DNA of 60,422 bases, the filler included, from Globobulimina sp. (lineage: Eukaryota), in assembly GCA_003354225.1 (NCBI GenBank). It is 14 parts of 14 records of this genome, joined end to end, with 100 filler letters (N's around TTAATTAATTAA, not from the genome) between each part and the next. Parts side by side here need not be neighbours in the genome. Positions count along the whole stretch, not along the records: positions 1 to 4,228 come from PIVH01001442.1; positions 4,329 to 8,554 come from PIVH01001443.1; positions 8,655 to 12,880 come from PIVH01001444.1; 11 more parts are not named here. One strand, 5' to 3'. The number at the start of each line of letters is the position of its first letter. The stretch's first letter is position 1. The notes below the pieces were generated by a model. It did no database searches. It was given only the letters and a program-made list of their open reading frames with translations, and was not told where the DNA came from. Both the position numbers and the translations under genes were made by a program. Positions 1-12,752 of this stretch are shown here, in pieces.

Positions 1-771
1 TGATAATTTTCATTCGTACTCTGATGATGTGTTGTTTCAATCAAATAAGTGTCATGCACGGAACTTGTTTGTTTTACATGAATACATCCGTTTTTCTGAC
101 AATTTTAGAGATTGAAACAACATAAAAAAATAAAAATACCTTAAAATATAACCAAGAGAACCAAGTGAATTTGGTATTGCTTTGAATAAATCGGAATATT
201 TATTACTTGGGTTGTTGTTGCATGTTATTATATTTCCATTTGCCGACAACACATCACATTCAATCATGCTTTCATGCACCAATCCATATTTAAATGAGGA
301 CGATTCGATCCCGCCACCAACAATCGCACCGCCAACAGTAATACTTTTCAGTTCAGGCACAACAGTTGGAATGTATCCATATTTTAATAATTGACAAGCA
401 AATGTATCAAAAGTGGCAGACCCTTCAACGTCTGCATAATTTGCATCAATATTTATACAAATCATATTTTTGAGTGTGTTAAAATTTAAACGATTTTTCT
501 TATTTATTTCTTTGCTGCGATATGTATTGGTATTTCGTTTATACATTCTGATTTCTGCTTGCTTTGATTTTAAACATAAATCGTCACATTTTGCTTTATA
601 ATTTAGCCATTGCTTTGATGCATTATATTTTGATACATCATCATTTATATCAATTATATAAGGTTGTTGACCACCAAAATTTGGTATTGTTTTCGCATAT
701 TCAATCAGCAAAAATCGCAATACAAATAGTAAAATTACTATTGCGATTACTAACCATACCAACCAATGCAT
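1..771 (-). CDS. DHCR24: Delta24-sterol reductase (DHCR24/DIMINUTO)-like FAD-linked oxidoreductase, 3'-truncated by the window edge; intron 21-139
   Basis: N-terminal TM anchor; VVPELKSITVGGAIVGGGIESSSFKYG motif of the FAD_binding_4/DHCR24 family. Splicing GT(139)..AG(21) restores YILR-VRMKII. Confidence 0.8.
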
Positions 772-816
772 GCTAAAACTAGTAAAAATAATTAAGTAAA
801 ACTGATTAACTGAATC

Positions 817-1897
817 ATGTCAACTGCCATTAATCAATTACAAGCGATTGGTTCAAATGTATTGGTGCCATTCACCAACCAAATAGCTCAAGTTCTAGCT
901 GATATGCAATCAAATATCGATTCATTAACCAAACGAATTGAAACATTAGAATCAAAAAACAAAATTAATATGAATACCACCTCAACAAAAGTAACAATAA
1001 TCAAACTCCCCAAATCTACAAAAACATCCAAATCAGCGCCTGTCTCCCCTAACTTAACAAGTGTAAACAAATCAAAACACAAAAAAATATCAGATTATAA
1101 AAAAAAGGCTAGAAAAAACGCAAAAAAAGAACCAGAAACACAAACGGAAACTGAACAAAAAGAAGAAAGCAAAGAAACAGAAGAAACAGAACCAACATTA
1201 ACAGACAACATCGCAGTGATCCCACCAGTAATTGCAAAGGAACGCGGTCCGAAAAAGAATATAAAATTCTCCTTTCAGAATAACCATAATACCATAAAGC
1301 AAACAGACAATGGTTCAGCTGCAATAAAACCGAAATTCAAGCCAGGCAGTATCCGTTTGGGCAAATATATTTCAAAAGCAGATGGCGATTATGCTGCGTA
1401 CAAATTTACGTTTGATACGAAAGGAATGGGGCCGACACCCTCAGGCTATGCATTTGGACTGGTCACCAAAGGTATTATTGTACTGTGAGGAAATTAAACT
1501 ATGAGCTAACATATACAGATATATTTCTATAGGATTTAATGATTATTCATCGAGCAATTTTGGACAGAATGGATCGGTGATGATTAAAGGGAATGGACAG
1601 TATATCACAACGGATGGAACGTTTATCAATGAAGATAGGGCCAATTATGTGCATAAACAAATAATACCAATGTTTAAAGATGGCGGCATGCTGCATGGCG
1701 GAGATGTTATTGTTATGGAAGTTGATTTGCAGGATTCATTGATGAAGATATGGAATGAGACAAGGAATGATGGCAAAATATTCAGAGTTTCCATTCCAAA
1801 TAAACCGGTCTGTCCAATGGTTTATATGGGCGGCAGTGCCAAGAGAAAAATTGTTGTCTCACAGCAATGTGCTTTTAAATATAAAGATGAAGAATAA
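817..1897 (+). CDS. Two-exon protein with N-terminal coiled coil, K/E-rich linker and C-terminal SPRY/B30.2-like beta domain; intron 1472-1532
   Basis: AAAG|GTATT...TATAG|GATTT joins ORF 817 to ORF 1577 in frame (VTKGFNDYSS...GSVMIKGNG). The YAFGLV and GDVIVMEVDL motifs are SPRY-like. Confidence 0.6.
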
Positions 1898-2153
1898 TGT
1901 GTATTTCTATTAAGCAATGATCTGTGTGTAATTATTTAATGGTCATTGTTAATCGGCTTTTTTTCTGTTTACAATATTTGTTTTGTGTGTTTTTTTTGGT
2001 GTTTATATATATGTTTTTTGCTGGTATATATGCATAAATCCGTCATGTGATCTATATTCTATATCACTGACAAAAACGTGACGTTCCTTTTGAGTGCAAG
2101 GATCTGACCGAAGTTGACGCCGTTTTCACTCAAAAAATTCTATAGTGTTGCGA

Positions 2154-3662
2154 ATGAATCAATTTATTTCTTGCCTGGATCGAGATTTATTGAGTGTTTC
2201 GATAACTACAAATAACAATGTGGCTAGCAAGATTATAATTATTTTCAAAACCGCGTTTGCAGTGAATACGCACGACTTATTCTTATGTGACAGTCCGGAA
2301 AATGAATCTCCTCAACAATTGCTTAAAAATATTAATAATAAAATTGTAAATGATTTTATCGAAGAAAGAAAAATGATTTTAAGCGAGCTATATCCCGACA
2401 TTTATTTTCCACCAAATTTTTGGAGTTCCATTTATATGGATTTTGAGTTTGGTGATGTGTATTATCGCGTTGTGATGCATTATTTTGAATGGATTGCTTA
2501 TCAGTTAAAATACAAAAAATTTGTAATTGCATTCATGTGCAGTTATATTGAGTCATTCCTTTGGTGCTATTTAATTTTAATTGGGTTCAAAGTGATTGAT
2601 TATGAAACCAAGCAAATTATTGATATTGCATCGTTATTATGTATTATTTACACATTCCATTTGTTTTCAATTTATATCTCATTAACTTATATCTTTAGTA
2701 TTTTACCAACATTTAATGCATTCAATCAATATCTAAGAAATCATTTAAATTTAAACAGAAACTGGAATTGGAATTGGATTGTTTCAATATCAGTGTCGAA
2801 ATGGTGTTGTTTATGCTACACATTGTCACCAATTGAAATAAGGAATAATTTGCATGATTATTTGTCATATTTTGTAAACAATAACAATTCAATTGTTCCA
2901 TTAACGAATAAATACATATTATTTATGTGTTTTTTCAAATATATATTTGGTTTAATTATCTCATTAATGATATTAAATAATTCTTATTTTTTTTGTGGAG
3001 AATTGCAAAACTTGCAAGAAAAAGAAAATTATTTTTATTCTTTATTAAACATTGTGTATTTTTCAGTGTTTATAGTTCTTCAAATGATGATATTTGGGGT
3101 TATTATGGTGACAAATTATGAGATTCCACCAATGACTGCGCTGACTATATTGTTGATGACTGTGTCGTGTTCATTATTAATTTATGGAATAATTATAATT
3201 ATTTTATATTTTGCAGATAGAAAAGTATTGGAACAAACTGTAAACAGCAATGGCAATAATTGGTTATCAAATATTATGATACCAACAATATTCTTTTTTT
3301 GTTGGTTACTGACCGTGTTTAAGACCTATAAAAATTGGAATAAATATCATCAATGGACGTGGCTATTTGCTTCGTTTGGTTGTTTATATGAAATATTTGC
3401 CATTTCAGGACCGTTGTTTTGGAATGATTTATTCAATAAAGATATTATTTGTTGTTTTTTATTTATGATATTAATTAGTACATTGCATATTGACTATCAA
3501 CATAGATTACACCACGCATTCACTGCTTTGAAACGCCATCAATACATTAACAAATATATTACGCGGGTGTGGAATAAAAATTGTGTTTTGAACTTCTTAT
3601 TTGGACAATTGTTTATTGTTCATCATGACATTAAACTTGATATAATTCAACAAACGGTCTAG
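2154..3662 (+). CDS. Hypothetical multi-pass membrane protein
   Basis: About 500-codon ORF with many hydrophobic segments; first ATG at 2154; no family recognised. Confidence 0.55.
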   Translation: MNQFISCLDRDLLSVSITTNNNVASKIIIIFKTAFAVNTHDLFLCDSPENESPQQLLKNINNKIVNDFIEERKMILSELYPDIYFPPNFWSSIYMDFEFGDVYYRVVMHYFEWIAYQLKYKKFVIAFMCSYIESFLWCYLILIGFKVIDYETKQIIDIASLLCIIYTFHLFSIYISLTYIFSILPTFNAFNQYLRNHLNLNRNWNWNWIVSISVSKWCCLCYTLSPIEIRNNLHDYLSYFVNNNNSIVPLTNKYILFMCFFKYIFGLIISLMILNNSYFFCGELQNLQEKENYFYSLLNIVYFSVFIVLQMMIFGVIMVTNYEIPPMTALTILLMTVSCSLLIYGIIIIILYFADRKVLEQTVNSNGNNWLSNIMIPTIFFFCWLLTVFKTYKNWNKYHQWTWLFASFGCLYEIFAISGPLFWNDLFNKDIICCFLFMILISTLHIDYQHRLHHAFTALKRHQYINKYITRVWNKNCVLNFLFGQLFIVHHDIKLDIIQQTV

Positions 3663-4079
3663 ATTCTAGAATTGTATGTTTCCATAAATAGTCGTTCATT
3701 TCCTGGCCTTTTGTGTATACCATAATTTCAAATAGCACTATAGAATTATAATATAACGCAACATACATCATACAATATAATTTTGCATGATATCTTTGCA
3801 TGTTATTTGAAATTATGGTATACACAAAAAGCAGGAAATTAATGAACGATTATTTATGGAAAGGTTCGATCTAGATATAAAAAAGAAATCTAACGAGTGG
3901 AGGTTTATGACCAAACTCATAACATATAGTTAGTTAGACAACATCAGAGCGAAAATAGCATCTACATCACCTCATCATAAACAACCAGATAGAATAACAG
4001 AACTGGAGTACCGGGTTTCGAACCAACATCATCATCTTCTTCTTCCCATCTTCTTTACCTTTCTCAGAAACATAACAAA

Positions 4080-4228
4080 ATGAGCAACGAAAATAGTTAC
4101 GAAATGAATCTATATTCAGCAGATAGCCATTCCAGGCAACAAACAACAATCGTGATCAGTCCCATGCCACATCAACATCAACAACCAAGTGAGCCCACAT
4201 CAGAAGAAAGCAGTGATGTTATTAATGA
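4080..4228 (+). CDS. Hypothetical protein, 5' fragment running into the gap
   Basis: ATG-initiated ORF open to the contig end. Confidence 0.35.
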
Positions 4229-4328
4229 NNNNNNNNNNNNNNNNNNNNNNNNNNNNNNNNNNNNNNNNNNNNTTAATTAATTAANNNNNNNNNNNNNNNN
4301 NNNNNNNNNNNNNNNNNNNNNNNNNNNN
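4229..4328. other. Artificial 100-bp contig spacer N44-TTAATTAATTAA-N44; repeated at 8555, 12881, 17206, 21530, 25854, 30177, 34500, 38823, 43146, 47466, 51786 and 56105
   Basis: Identical spacer 13 times, with stops in all six frames; intervening contig lengths never increase along the window. Confidence 0.98.
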
Positions 4329-4330
4329 TA

Positions 4331-4870
4331 ATGGAAAAAGCTGTGGATAGCATTGCTGATTTAAATGCAAAATACAATACAAATATGAATAACAATGTTG
4401 CGGATACTGTGGTTGCTGAAGTTGGTGATGTTGACAATCCAAATTTAATTAAGCAGCAATCATTGGAACTTTGTGGTGATGGATTTGTTAATTTTATAGA
4501 TAAGAAATTAAAGAAAATAATAGATAAACTATGGATTAATTTAGATCGTGAGGAACGTGGTTATATTGAGAGTATGACTGATATTGCAGATGGAATTGGA
4601 TTTGTTGCCATTTTATATCGACGACATTTGTATAACAAAAGTGGTGGAGAGACTGCACACTCACAAGCTTTCAATATGGAACTAGAAAAACAACAGATAC
4701 AGTTACAAGCAAATCGCATAGCGAGATGGGTGGGCAGTTCATATGGAGAGTTGGCAAAAAATAAGGAATCGGATGTTATGGAATATAAATGCCGTGTTAC
4801 AAAACGTGAGTTTGGCAGTTATTTAGCAGAGTGGATCAGGGAATATGCAAAAGCAGAAGGAACTACTTGA
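4331..4870 (+). CDS. Hypothetical protein, probably 5'-partial
   Basis: 179-aa ORF starting at the contig edge. Confidence 0.5.
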   Translation: MEKAVDSIADLNAKYNTNMNNNVADTVVAEVGDVDNPNLIKQQSLELCGDGFVNFIDKKLKKIIDKLWINLDREERGYIESMTDIADGIGFVAILYRRHLYNKSGGETAHSQAFNMELEKQQIQLQANRIARWVGSSYGELAKNKESDVMEYKCRVTKREFGSYLAEWIREYAKAEGTT

Positions 4871-5243
4871 TTTTGTATATTTGTTTTGGGATATTTTTTG
4901 TGTACATGTTGCTTATTTCTAATGTCGAATGGCAAATAATTGTTGAAATTTACTTGAATTGTCTTGAAAAGGGTGGATCCCGATAAGTTTTGAACTTTTG
5001 AAGATCCAAATTATGTGTGAAAAACTATTATTTAATTTTGACAGAAAACCGTGATTTTGGCAGAAAACTATTATTTTGCTGCCCATTGTTGCAGCTGTAA
5101 CTTCGGCGGTGCGTGTAATTATTATGAATACGATAAATCGCACTTTTGAAAAACGGACATTTTGAAAATTTCGATTCACCGCTTCTTCGATTAACAGAAG
5201 TAACAACACAAACAAAAGACAACTGGACAACAAATCAAATAAT

Positions 5244-6245
5244 ATGTCACAAGGCACTATTGATGGTTCAGCCACAGTGGCAGAAGCAACAAAAGTACAA
5301 CCGACACATAATGAGAACAATGAGGATAACGAAGAAAATGCATCAAAAATTGATTGGAGAGAAAAAAGTCAAAAAGTATGCACTTTCGTAACATCGTCAT
5401 TCACCGTATCTGAGTGGAATGGAATTAGTATTAAATTGCATGGTTTCTTAATTGCAGCGATTATTGTTTCTGTAGCATTTGAGGGCTTTGCTTTGTCTCT
5501 TTGCAGGGGCGAACGATCAATTTTTAAATGGATACCATACATTTTAATTGTAAATGTTATGTTATGTGGTGTTGTTTTATTATGTTGTTATCTCCGAATA
5601 AAACTATTCATTGGACGTAAACAAGCATCATTCTCAGCTGACGCAGAAGACGAAGAAAAGGCAGCAGATAATTCTGAGATGGAAACAGTGGAAGATTCTG
5701 ATTCGGGAGACATTGAATTTAAATCTGTGATTATTAGTTATTTGGGTGGTATCATAACGTTACAATCGATGAGTAATCAAAGATTAAAACAAATTCAATA
5801 TTTTGGATTTCCTGTCTTTTTTCATGGTTTGGTTGTAATTTTATGCTTTATTTTTGGTTTGATGGCCGCTGATAAATATGATGAAAATGTAATTAATGCA
5901 AAACATTTCTGGTATTGGTTAAGTTGGGCAAATTTATTTTGTGTCATCTGGTGTTTATTACCGGTTCCTGGTTTTGATGGAGGTGCATTGTTAACAATTT
6001 ATTTAAAGGACAGGGGGTGGAATAAATTTAGTATCACAATGTGTTTGATATTTACATCTGCGGTCATTACAGTTTCTTGTGGTTTAATTGGTATTATTAA
6101 CGTGAATGTCATTGCATTGTATCTTTGTGTTTATTGTGGATTAAAATTGGTTCAATATGTTTTCAATCCAAATGATAACAATATGAAAGTTTTAAGAGCA
6201 ATGGCAAAGACAACAAAGAAAATATCTGAAACTGATTTTGTTTAA
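5244..6245 (+). CDS. Peptidase M50 (site-2 protease/SpoIVFB)-like membrane protein lacking HExxH
   Basis: GISIKLHGFL, IISYLGG and NLF...LLPVPGFDGG occur in M50 order; VLLCCYLR sits where VLLHExGH is expected. Confidence 0.6.
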   Translation: MSQGTIDGSATVAEATKVQPTHNENNEDNEENASKIDWREKSQKVCTFVTSSFTVSEWNGISIKLHGFLIAAIIVSVAFEGFALSLCRGERSIFKWIPYILIVNVMLCGVVLLCCYLRIKLFIGRKQASFSADAEDEEKAADNSEMETVEDSDSGDIEFKSVIISYLGGIITLQSMSNQRLKQIQYFGFPVFFHGLVVILCFIFGLMAADKYDENVINAKHFWYWLSWANLFCVIWCLLPVPGFDGGALLTIYLKDRGWNKFSITMCLIFTSAVITVSCGLIGIINVNVIALYLCVYCGLKLVQYVFNPNDNNMKVLRAMAKTTKKISETDFV

Positions 6246-6610
6246 TTTAAATTATGATCATGAACAGAACCATTTGATTCTTTTTTGATTTTTTTAGTAT
6301 AAAAGTACACACAATCACAATTTGATTGGTTTGATTACAACTGTTTGCGCATTTTCTTTCGCGATGATAATGCATATTCAAACGATGAATATAAATATCA
6401 CATCTCTTTTACAATGGTTTTGCTTGATAAACCATGATTAAGTACGTTTTTTACTCCAACCAAAAAACTTCAAAAAGCCAATCTCTTGTGCTCTCTACGT
6501 ATGTTCTGATATATCAAAATCTGTTTTGAACTCTGTTCAGTAATTCATCTACCTTTACATAGCACAGTACTCAAATAACAGCCATCAAAATCAATTTTAG
6601 ATTGCAAAAA

Positions 6611-7747
6611 ATGGGTAATGAACAAACATATTATCCACACGTGAACCAACTCAATAATCGGCAGATAAGTTATAACCAACCAATACAAAATCAAATAATA
6701 ACATTACAATCCCTTTCTGTCCCTGTCAATGCCCATGCTTTTATGAATAACAACAATAATAATCATTATCTAAACAATCCACAACCAGCAAACAACAATA
6801 TTTCCGTAGTTAACACCATACAGTTACAGGTACATGATATATATATATGTATGCTACTTTGCATGTCCATTCATGTACATATAAAATATGTACGTCATGT
6901 TACATAGAACCCTGTCATAAATAATCAGTCATTAGCTCCATATCAGTCTGTAACATCTGTAGTGCCAATACAAACAATTGCATACGTTCCACCAACATTA
7001 TTCATTAACAATCCACCACTACAAACAATTAACAATGGCTATATGCATATGCCAGCAGCACGGATTAATTATAACCAGGTACAAACAATACAGACAACAG
7101 CCATGCAACCGGCACCAACAACAGCTGCCATTTGCAACAATACAAACAACGTTACTTCCGAAACACGGAAAACATTTCAACAAACAACCAACAGTCAGAT
7201 GGCGAAACCAGATCAACAAACAACGAAATTAGAACAATTAAAAGAAGAAAGAAAGTTTGTATGTGAAATATGTGGTAAACAATATAAATATTTATGTAAT
7301 TTGAAGTCACATCAAAAAATACATACTGATGATTGCTATAAATGTGAGTATTGTGGCAAGAAATTTGGGAGAAAATCTAATTACAAAGAACATGTTCGAG
7401 TACATACAGGTGAATGTCCATTTAAATGTACATTTTGTAATAAAAGATTTAAGCAAAGACATGGGTACATATATATATATATATATATATACATAAATAG
7501 TTACATATTTCTTCTTAATTAATAACATGTATACGTATACAGATGGAAAGACCATTTACGTGTCCATACAGGTGAGAAACCATATGAATGTAATATTTGC
7601 CAAAAAAGATTTAGTGTTGGACATAATTTAAATGTACATAAACGTATACATTCTGGTGAAAAACCATTTAAATGTGATTTATGTATCAAAACGTTCCGAC
7701 AAAAGTCTGCTTTGGATTTCCATACTAAATCAGCTCATAAACAATGA
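6611..7747 (+). CDS. C2H2 zinc-finger transcription factor, 3 exons (introns 6830-6907, 7465-7542), five fingers
   Basis: CxxC...HxxxH repeats with HTGECPF/HTGEKPY/HSGEKPF linkers; GT-AG splicing keeps frame; Q/N-rich N-terminus. Confidence 0.88.
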
Positions 7748-8275
7748 TATATTCTTTTGTGATTTTCCCTTTACTTTTTTTTTTAGTAATTTAGTAAAAT
7801 TTTTCTGTACATTTTTTTTTGTGTGTTGCTTGTTTTGATATAAATAATATTATAACTAACATTTACTGCGTTTAAAAGCATGCGCAAATATAGCAGTTAT
7901 ATGAATATCTCCGACGTGTCGCTTTATACACGAGTGAGTGTGTAGGTAATCTGTTGATGATATTTAAAAGAATTGTTCATAATATGTTCATGCTGTCTTT
8001 TATTATTTGTGGTCGTAAGGTGTGCCTTTCAGGAACAAACTATTTTATATTTGTTTGTTTGCAAATCACATTTTTTAATTGTTTTTGATTGGCTCACTTC
8101 AACGGATGACTTCAATATCTAAGATCTCACGAGTTAGAGTTGAAATAAAAAATGAAATTATTCTTAACACCAATCTGGTACATAATATAACATTCAGGAG
8201 GATATTATTTTTTATTTGAAGTTTTCTTGAAAGAATTAATACGTATTTTTTCATCAAGCTAAGGACTAAAGTGGC

Positions 8276-8554
8276 ATGGCACAATTACGTGTGTGTGTAA
8301 AATGCAAAAAACCAGTAATTAAAAATCAAAAAGCATTTAAGCAAGATGATGGTTCAATAATCCATGGTGATTGTTACAACTGTGATCAATGTGGTGCAAA
8401 TATGGTGGGTAAAAAGGTAGGCAGTGTCCCTAAAGAAGATGGTAAAGAATACATGAAAGTATGCTGGGAGTGTATGAAGAAACATCCTCATTATAGCATT
8501 TTATTCAGTGGGCAATCAGGTGACGCTCAGCCGCAAGCCGTAAATAAGATAGAT
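8276..8554 (+). CDS. LIM-domain protein, 3'-partial
   Basis: CVKC...HGDCYNCDQC...CWEC matches LIM zinc-ligand spacing. Confidence 0.75.
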
Positions 8555-8654
8555 NNNNNNNNNNNNNNNNNNNNNNNNNNNNNNNNNNNNNNNNNNNNTT
8601 AATTAATTAANNNNNNNNNNNNNNNNNNNNNNNNNNNNNNNNNNNNNNNNNNNN

Positions 8655-11600
8655 ATTGTTCCATACTCCCCACCTTTACTAATAAATTCTGACGTTATTA
8701 ACATAAAACATTCCATCACAGTGAATGCAGACATATATGGTGCAACATAGGCGATTGTGTTGCTAAATGATGCAAATTGTTTGAAACAGGTTTGCGTTTC
8801 TTCTGTTTCTTCCGCTTTATTGTCCTTTTTTTTACAACAACAACAACCTTTCTTTTGTGGCAATTGCTCTTCATCAGCACCAGTATCGCCATTTCCATCT
8901 GGCTGTGCTTCTTCAATCTCAATATCTTCCTGAAACATAGGGGCTATCATCACACAAATTGGTATATAATATCCCAATAAAATCAATGCTAAACATGCAT
9001 ATAATTTATGTTCATTTTGCCAACATTTTCTATTCAGATCAATACGTAAAAACTGCTGTTCATCACAAGCCAATATCAAAATAACTTTTTGACAAATGCC
9101 CAAAAAAAATGAATCTGCCAATAATGATATTATTTTTGCATTCCATTTATTGACATTTTTTAATTTGCCATGACCGTAAATGATAGTTCCGACAAAAGAA
9201 TGAAACCATATTTGTCTTGCTTTAGTCGCATTTGATTCCTTCCACTTTAATCGTCCATAAATGCGCAGTTCATAAATAAATCTATAAACAAAAAATAATA
9301 TTAATAAACCAACAAATGCAACAGAAAAAAAGAAATAATATTCGAGGATATTATCGTCCAAAAAATCCAATGACAGATAACAAACTCCAACCAACCAATT
9401 AGTAAATTTGAGTATTTTTTTTGAATCAATAAAAGTTAACGAATCTGCAGAAAATGAGGTTTCTTCATCCATCGATATCTCCCCACCATCAGTGGTTGTT
9501 TGATAGGCAAATATTGAAAGTTGAAATACCTCATAGAATAATAATAAAATAGCAATAATCGATCCTAAATTCCATACAAAACGTTGTGGTTTATATCTCT
9601 CCTCATTTGGTTTCAACTTTTTTCTTTCTTCAAAGGATTTAACACCACGCCATGTACCAAATATTTGTAGTAATAATATCAAAAATAAATATGAAGAGAT
9701 TGACCATGTGATGGCTGAATCATTTCCATCGCCAAAATAAGGAATAATGACATAAATAATAACAATCGGATAAATTACTAAAAATAAAAACATCACCGAA
9801 GATCGCAACATTTGATTCAATATTCGCACAAATCGCTGACATTTTGTTTCTAGTTCTAACTGTTTTTCTCGTTTGTGGACTTTTTCTATTTTGGTTTCAA
9901 TTTTATTCATTCGGACAATTAATAAAAAGAAACATGACGGCAATATAATAAATATAGCCACGATAATAACTAATAAATAAACAAATGGCGTTGACAATAT
10001 TTTGAATATATTTATAAAAATAATCTTGCATTTTTCCATTTTATTATATTCTGAATTTATTTGCTCGATTTCATCTGAATTTATTTGCTCTTTTTCTTTG
10101 TTTAATGATTCTGTTTGAATGATAACCAATAATTGAGATAATAAATAAAACATATTTTCTAAATCGGCAAAAACATTATCAATTAATTTCCTCGCTGCTT
10201 TCCATTCTGCTATTTTCTTTCTCAATGATTTCATCACAATTGCTGTTTTTATTAATATGCTTGCTTTTTTCTTCTTTTTTTCTATTACTTGTTCAAATTC
10301 CTCTTCTTCTAATTCTTGCTCAGCATAAACTACTTTCTTTTCTTCTTCTTTTTTTTCATCATCTTCTGTCTTTTTTTCTTGTATTTTTTCATCATCTTTT
10401 TCTTTTTTTTCATCAATATCAATATCCATTTTGCCACTGTCACTGCTACTTTCTTCCTCATCTTCCTCCTCAGAATCAGAATCACTGCGAATACTGCTAC
10501 TTTCATCAGATATATCACTGTCATCATCATCAACCATGGCCATTGCAGATATTTGGGGAACCAGTTGTTGTTGTTGTTGCTGTTGCTGTTGTTGCAGTAA
10601 CATTGCGTACGGCTTTGGTGGTGCTGGCTGCATTGGAATTGGTGCTGCCATTGGAATTGGCATTGGTGGTGATGGCTGCATTAGCATTGAAGGCTGTGCT
10701 ATTTGTGGTATTTGAGGAATAAATTGTCGTCGCTGTGCTATTTGTGGTGGCTGTGGCTGTGGCTGTGCTATTTGTGGTATCTGATTAATCTGAGGAATAA
10801 ACTGTCGTCGCTGTGCTATTTGTGGTGCGGGCTGCATTGGCATTGGTGGTGATGGCTGCATTGACATTGAAGGCTGTGCTATTTGCGATATTTGTGGTAT
10901 CTGAGGAACAAATTGTCGTCGCTGTGCTATTTGTGGTGGCTGTGGCTGTGGCTGGGGCTGTAAATCTTTTTCTTCTTCAATAATTTCAGTTAATTGCACC
11001 ATTACTGGCGCACTTTTTGGTTTTTTGCGTATCTTTAATTTAATGGGCGGTGCGCCCAATAAACCATTTCTTTGCAATGATTGATTAACAATAACATGTT
11101 GAACATCGCTAAATACCCGTTCTACATTCATTTTATCCGTTGCTGTTGTAATATGTGAATATATTTGTCTGTTGCTTGAATTTTCATTTTTTGAGAGGAA
11201 TTGTTCTCTGATAAACCTTGTCACCGAATTAAAATCATATTCATCAACATCAGTCTCACCACAATTAAATGCTATGTCCTTTGTCAAATTTTCTTCAAAA
11301 ATATCTCTTTTGTTAAGGAACAGTAAACACGAAGTTTTTCTAAACCATCGGTGATTACATATTTCATCGAATAAAGCCAATGTAGGTTGCAATGAGTGTA
11401 TTGAAGTATGATTGAATGAGGCAACAAATATCACAGCACTGACAGAGTCAAAACAATTGATCCATTTCTTACTCTCTGTCTCAGTTAACATATTGGATGG
11501 AATTTTAGTAATTATAAATTTGTGATCATACAACTCAAAACTAAATGTTTCCAGAACACTTGCATTTGGACCATATTTAGCCAGAATAATATCTCTATCC

Positions 11601-12709
11601 GTTGGCATATATTCAGCTTTGCGAATACGATGTAATTCATTCCAGAAATACACACTCGAACTATATAACAGACCATCATCATAGGTTTCCATCATTTCAA
11701 TTTCGGCTCGGAAACGTTCATTTTTCCATAATATTTCAATGGCTGCGGCAATATCTTGTGACCAAATTGACTCATCATCGAATTGTATATTTTCAATGAC
11801 TGATATTGCGGCAGAAACAGTATCATCATATAATTGATTCAATTCATCAATCACTATCTGCATTTGTTCAATTATTTGCCATCGAATGTGTTTAATAAAT
11901 TGCCTCCGATGCTGCTCTGTGTATCCCTCGCCATAAATCATTCGCAATTGTTTAAGTATGGTGTTTTTACCGCTGTTTGCTGGTCCGACTATTAACATAG
12001 TTTTAGTTTGTCTGTTTTTGCTGCCATTGACACGAAGCTGTTGTGTAATGTGTCTATCTTTGTTTTGACTGCGTCTCTCTGGATTTGTGAGTCTACATTT
12101 TAACAAACAATATGATTTTTGAAATTTGCTAAATAAGTTGAAAAAAATGGTTTTGCAGCGAATTCTCAAAATATACATTGGCATTTCATTGATGTTTTCA
12201 TCGTCTTTGGAATCGTAATCTTCAGCGTAATCTGTGAATGTTAAAGGAATTCTTTCTACAAATTGCATGGAGATCAATGTGATTTTTTCTGTAAATTCAC
12301 ACATTGTTTCTTGTCGGTGATAATAGATTTGCATCGGTACACTGCATATAATACCGACACTTAATTTTGATTTTGTATCTTGAGTATAAATGAAAAGCCA
12401 TCGAGTTTTTTGTCTGTTTCGTGGGTTAAATTGTAAATGTATCGTCTTGCTGGTGTTAGTATTTTGTTTGTCCATATAATGTGCAAGGAATAGCGCTTCC
12501 TGTTGTGTGGTATGCGCAATTGTTTCCACATTATCATCCATATTGATGTTGATGCCTTTATATTTTCCTTTTTTTAGCTCCTTGTTTTGATCGTTTAATA
12601 ATTCAACATCGCCCGTTGATATCATAAGTCCATCTGGAAACTTATTAGGTTGATGATAATAAACTATATAATTATCTAAGGTGATAATGCAACCTTCCAT
12701 TTCCGCCAT
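8655..12709 (-). CDS. Fusion of an N-terminal domain, a degenerate G-protein alpha domain, Q/P repeats, an acidic linker and a multi-pass TM domain; 3'-partial
   Basis: GPANSGKNTILKQLRMI, KWINCFDSVSAVIFVA, LLFLNKRD and YSHITTATD are G-alpha motifs. About 8-9 TM helices follow, including a C...CW...H extracellular loop. One uninterrupted ORF of >1300 aa. Confidence 0.8.
10560..10960 (-). repeat. Coding tandem repeats (QPQPPQIAQRRQFIPQIPQIAQPSMxMQPSPPMP) plus poly-Q
   Basis: Three IAQRRQF(V/I)PQI units and two QPSMxMQPSPPMP units visible in protein and DNA. Confidence 0.85.
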
Positions 12710-12752
12710 GATTAGAAGAGTAGTTACTACACTCAATTCTCAGATTAATTGA

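Noticed and set aside
4273-4284. Recurrent TTAATTAATTAA palindrome at ~4.3-kb period
   Set aside because: Always embedded in N-runs; an artificial six-frame stop linker.
7468-7492. (TA)n microsatellite giving YIYIYI in the ORF track
   Set aside because: Lies within intron 7465-7542 of the zinc-finger gene.
10225-10722. Several overlapping short ORFs (poly-C/S/L/F)
   Set aside because: Alternate-frame shadows of the low-complexity linker of the G-alpha fusion.
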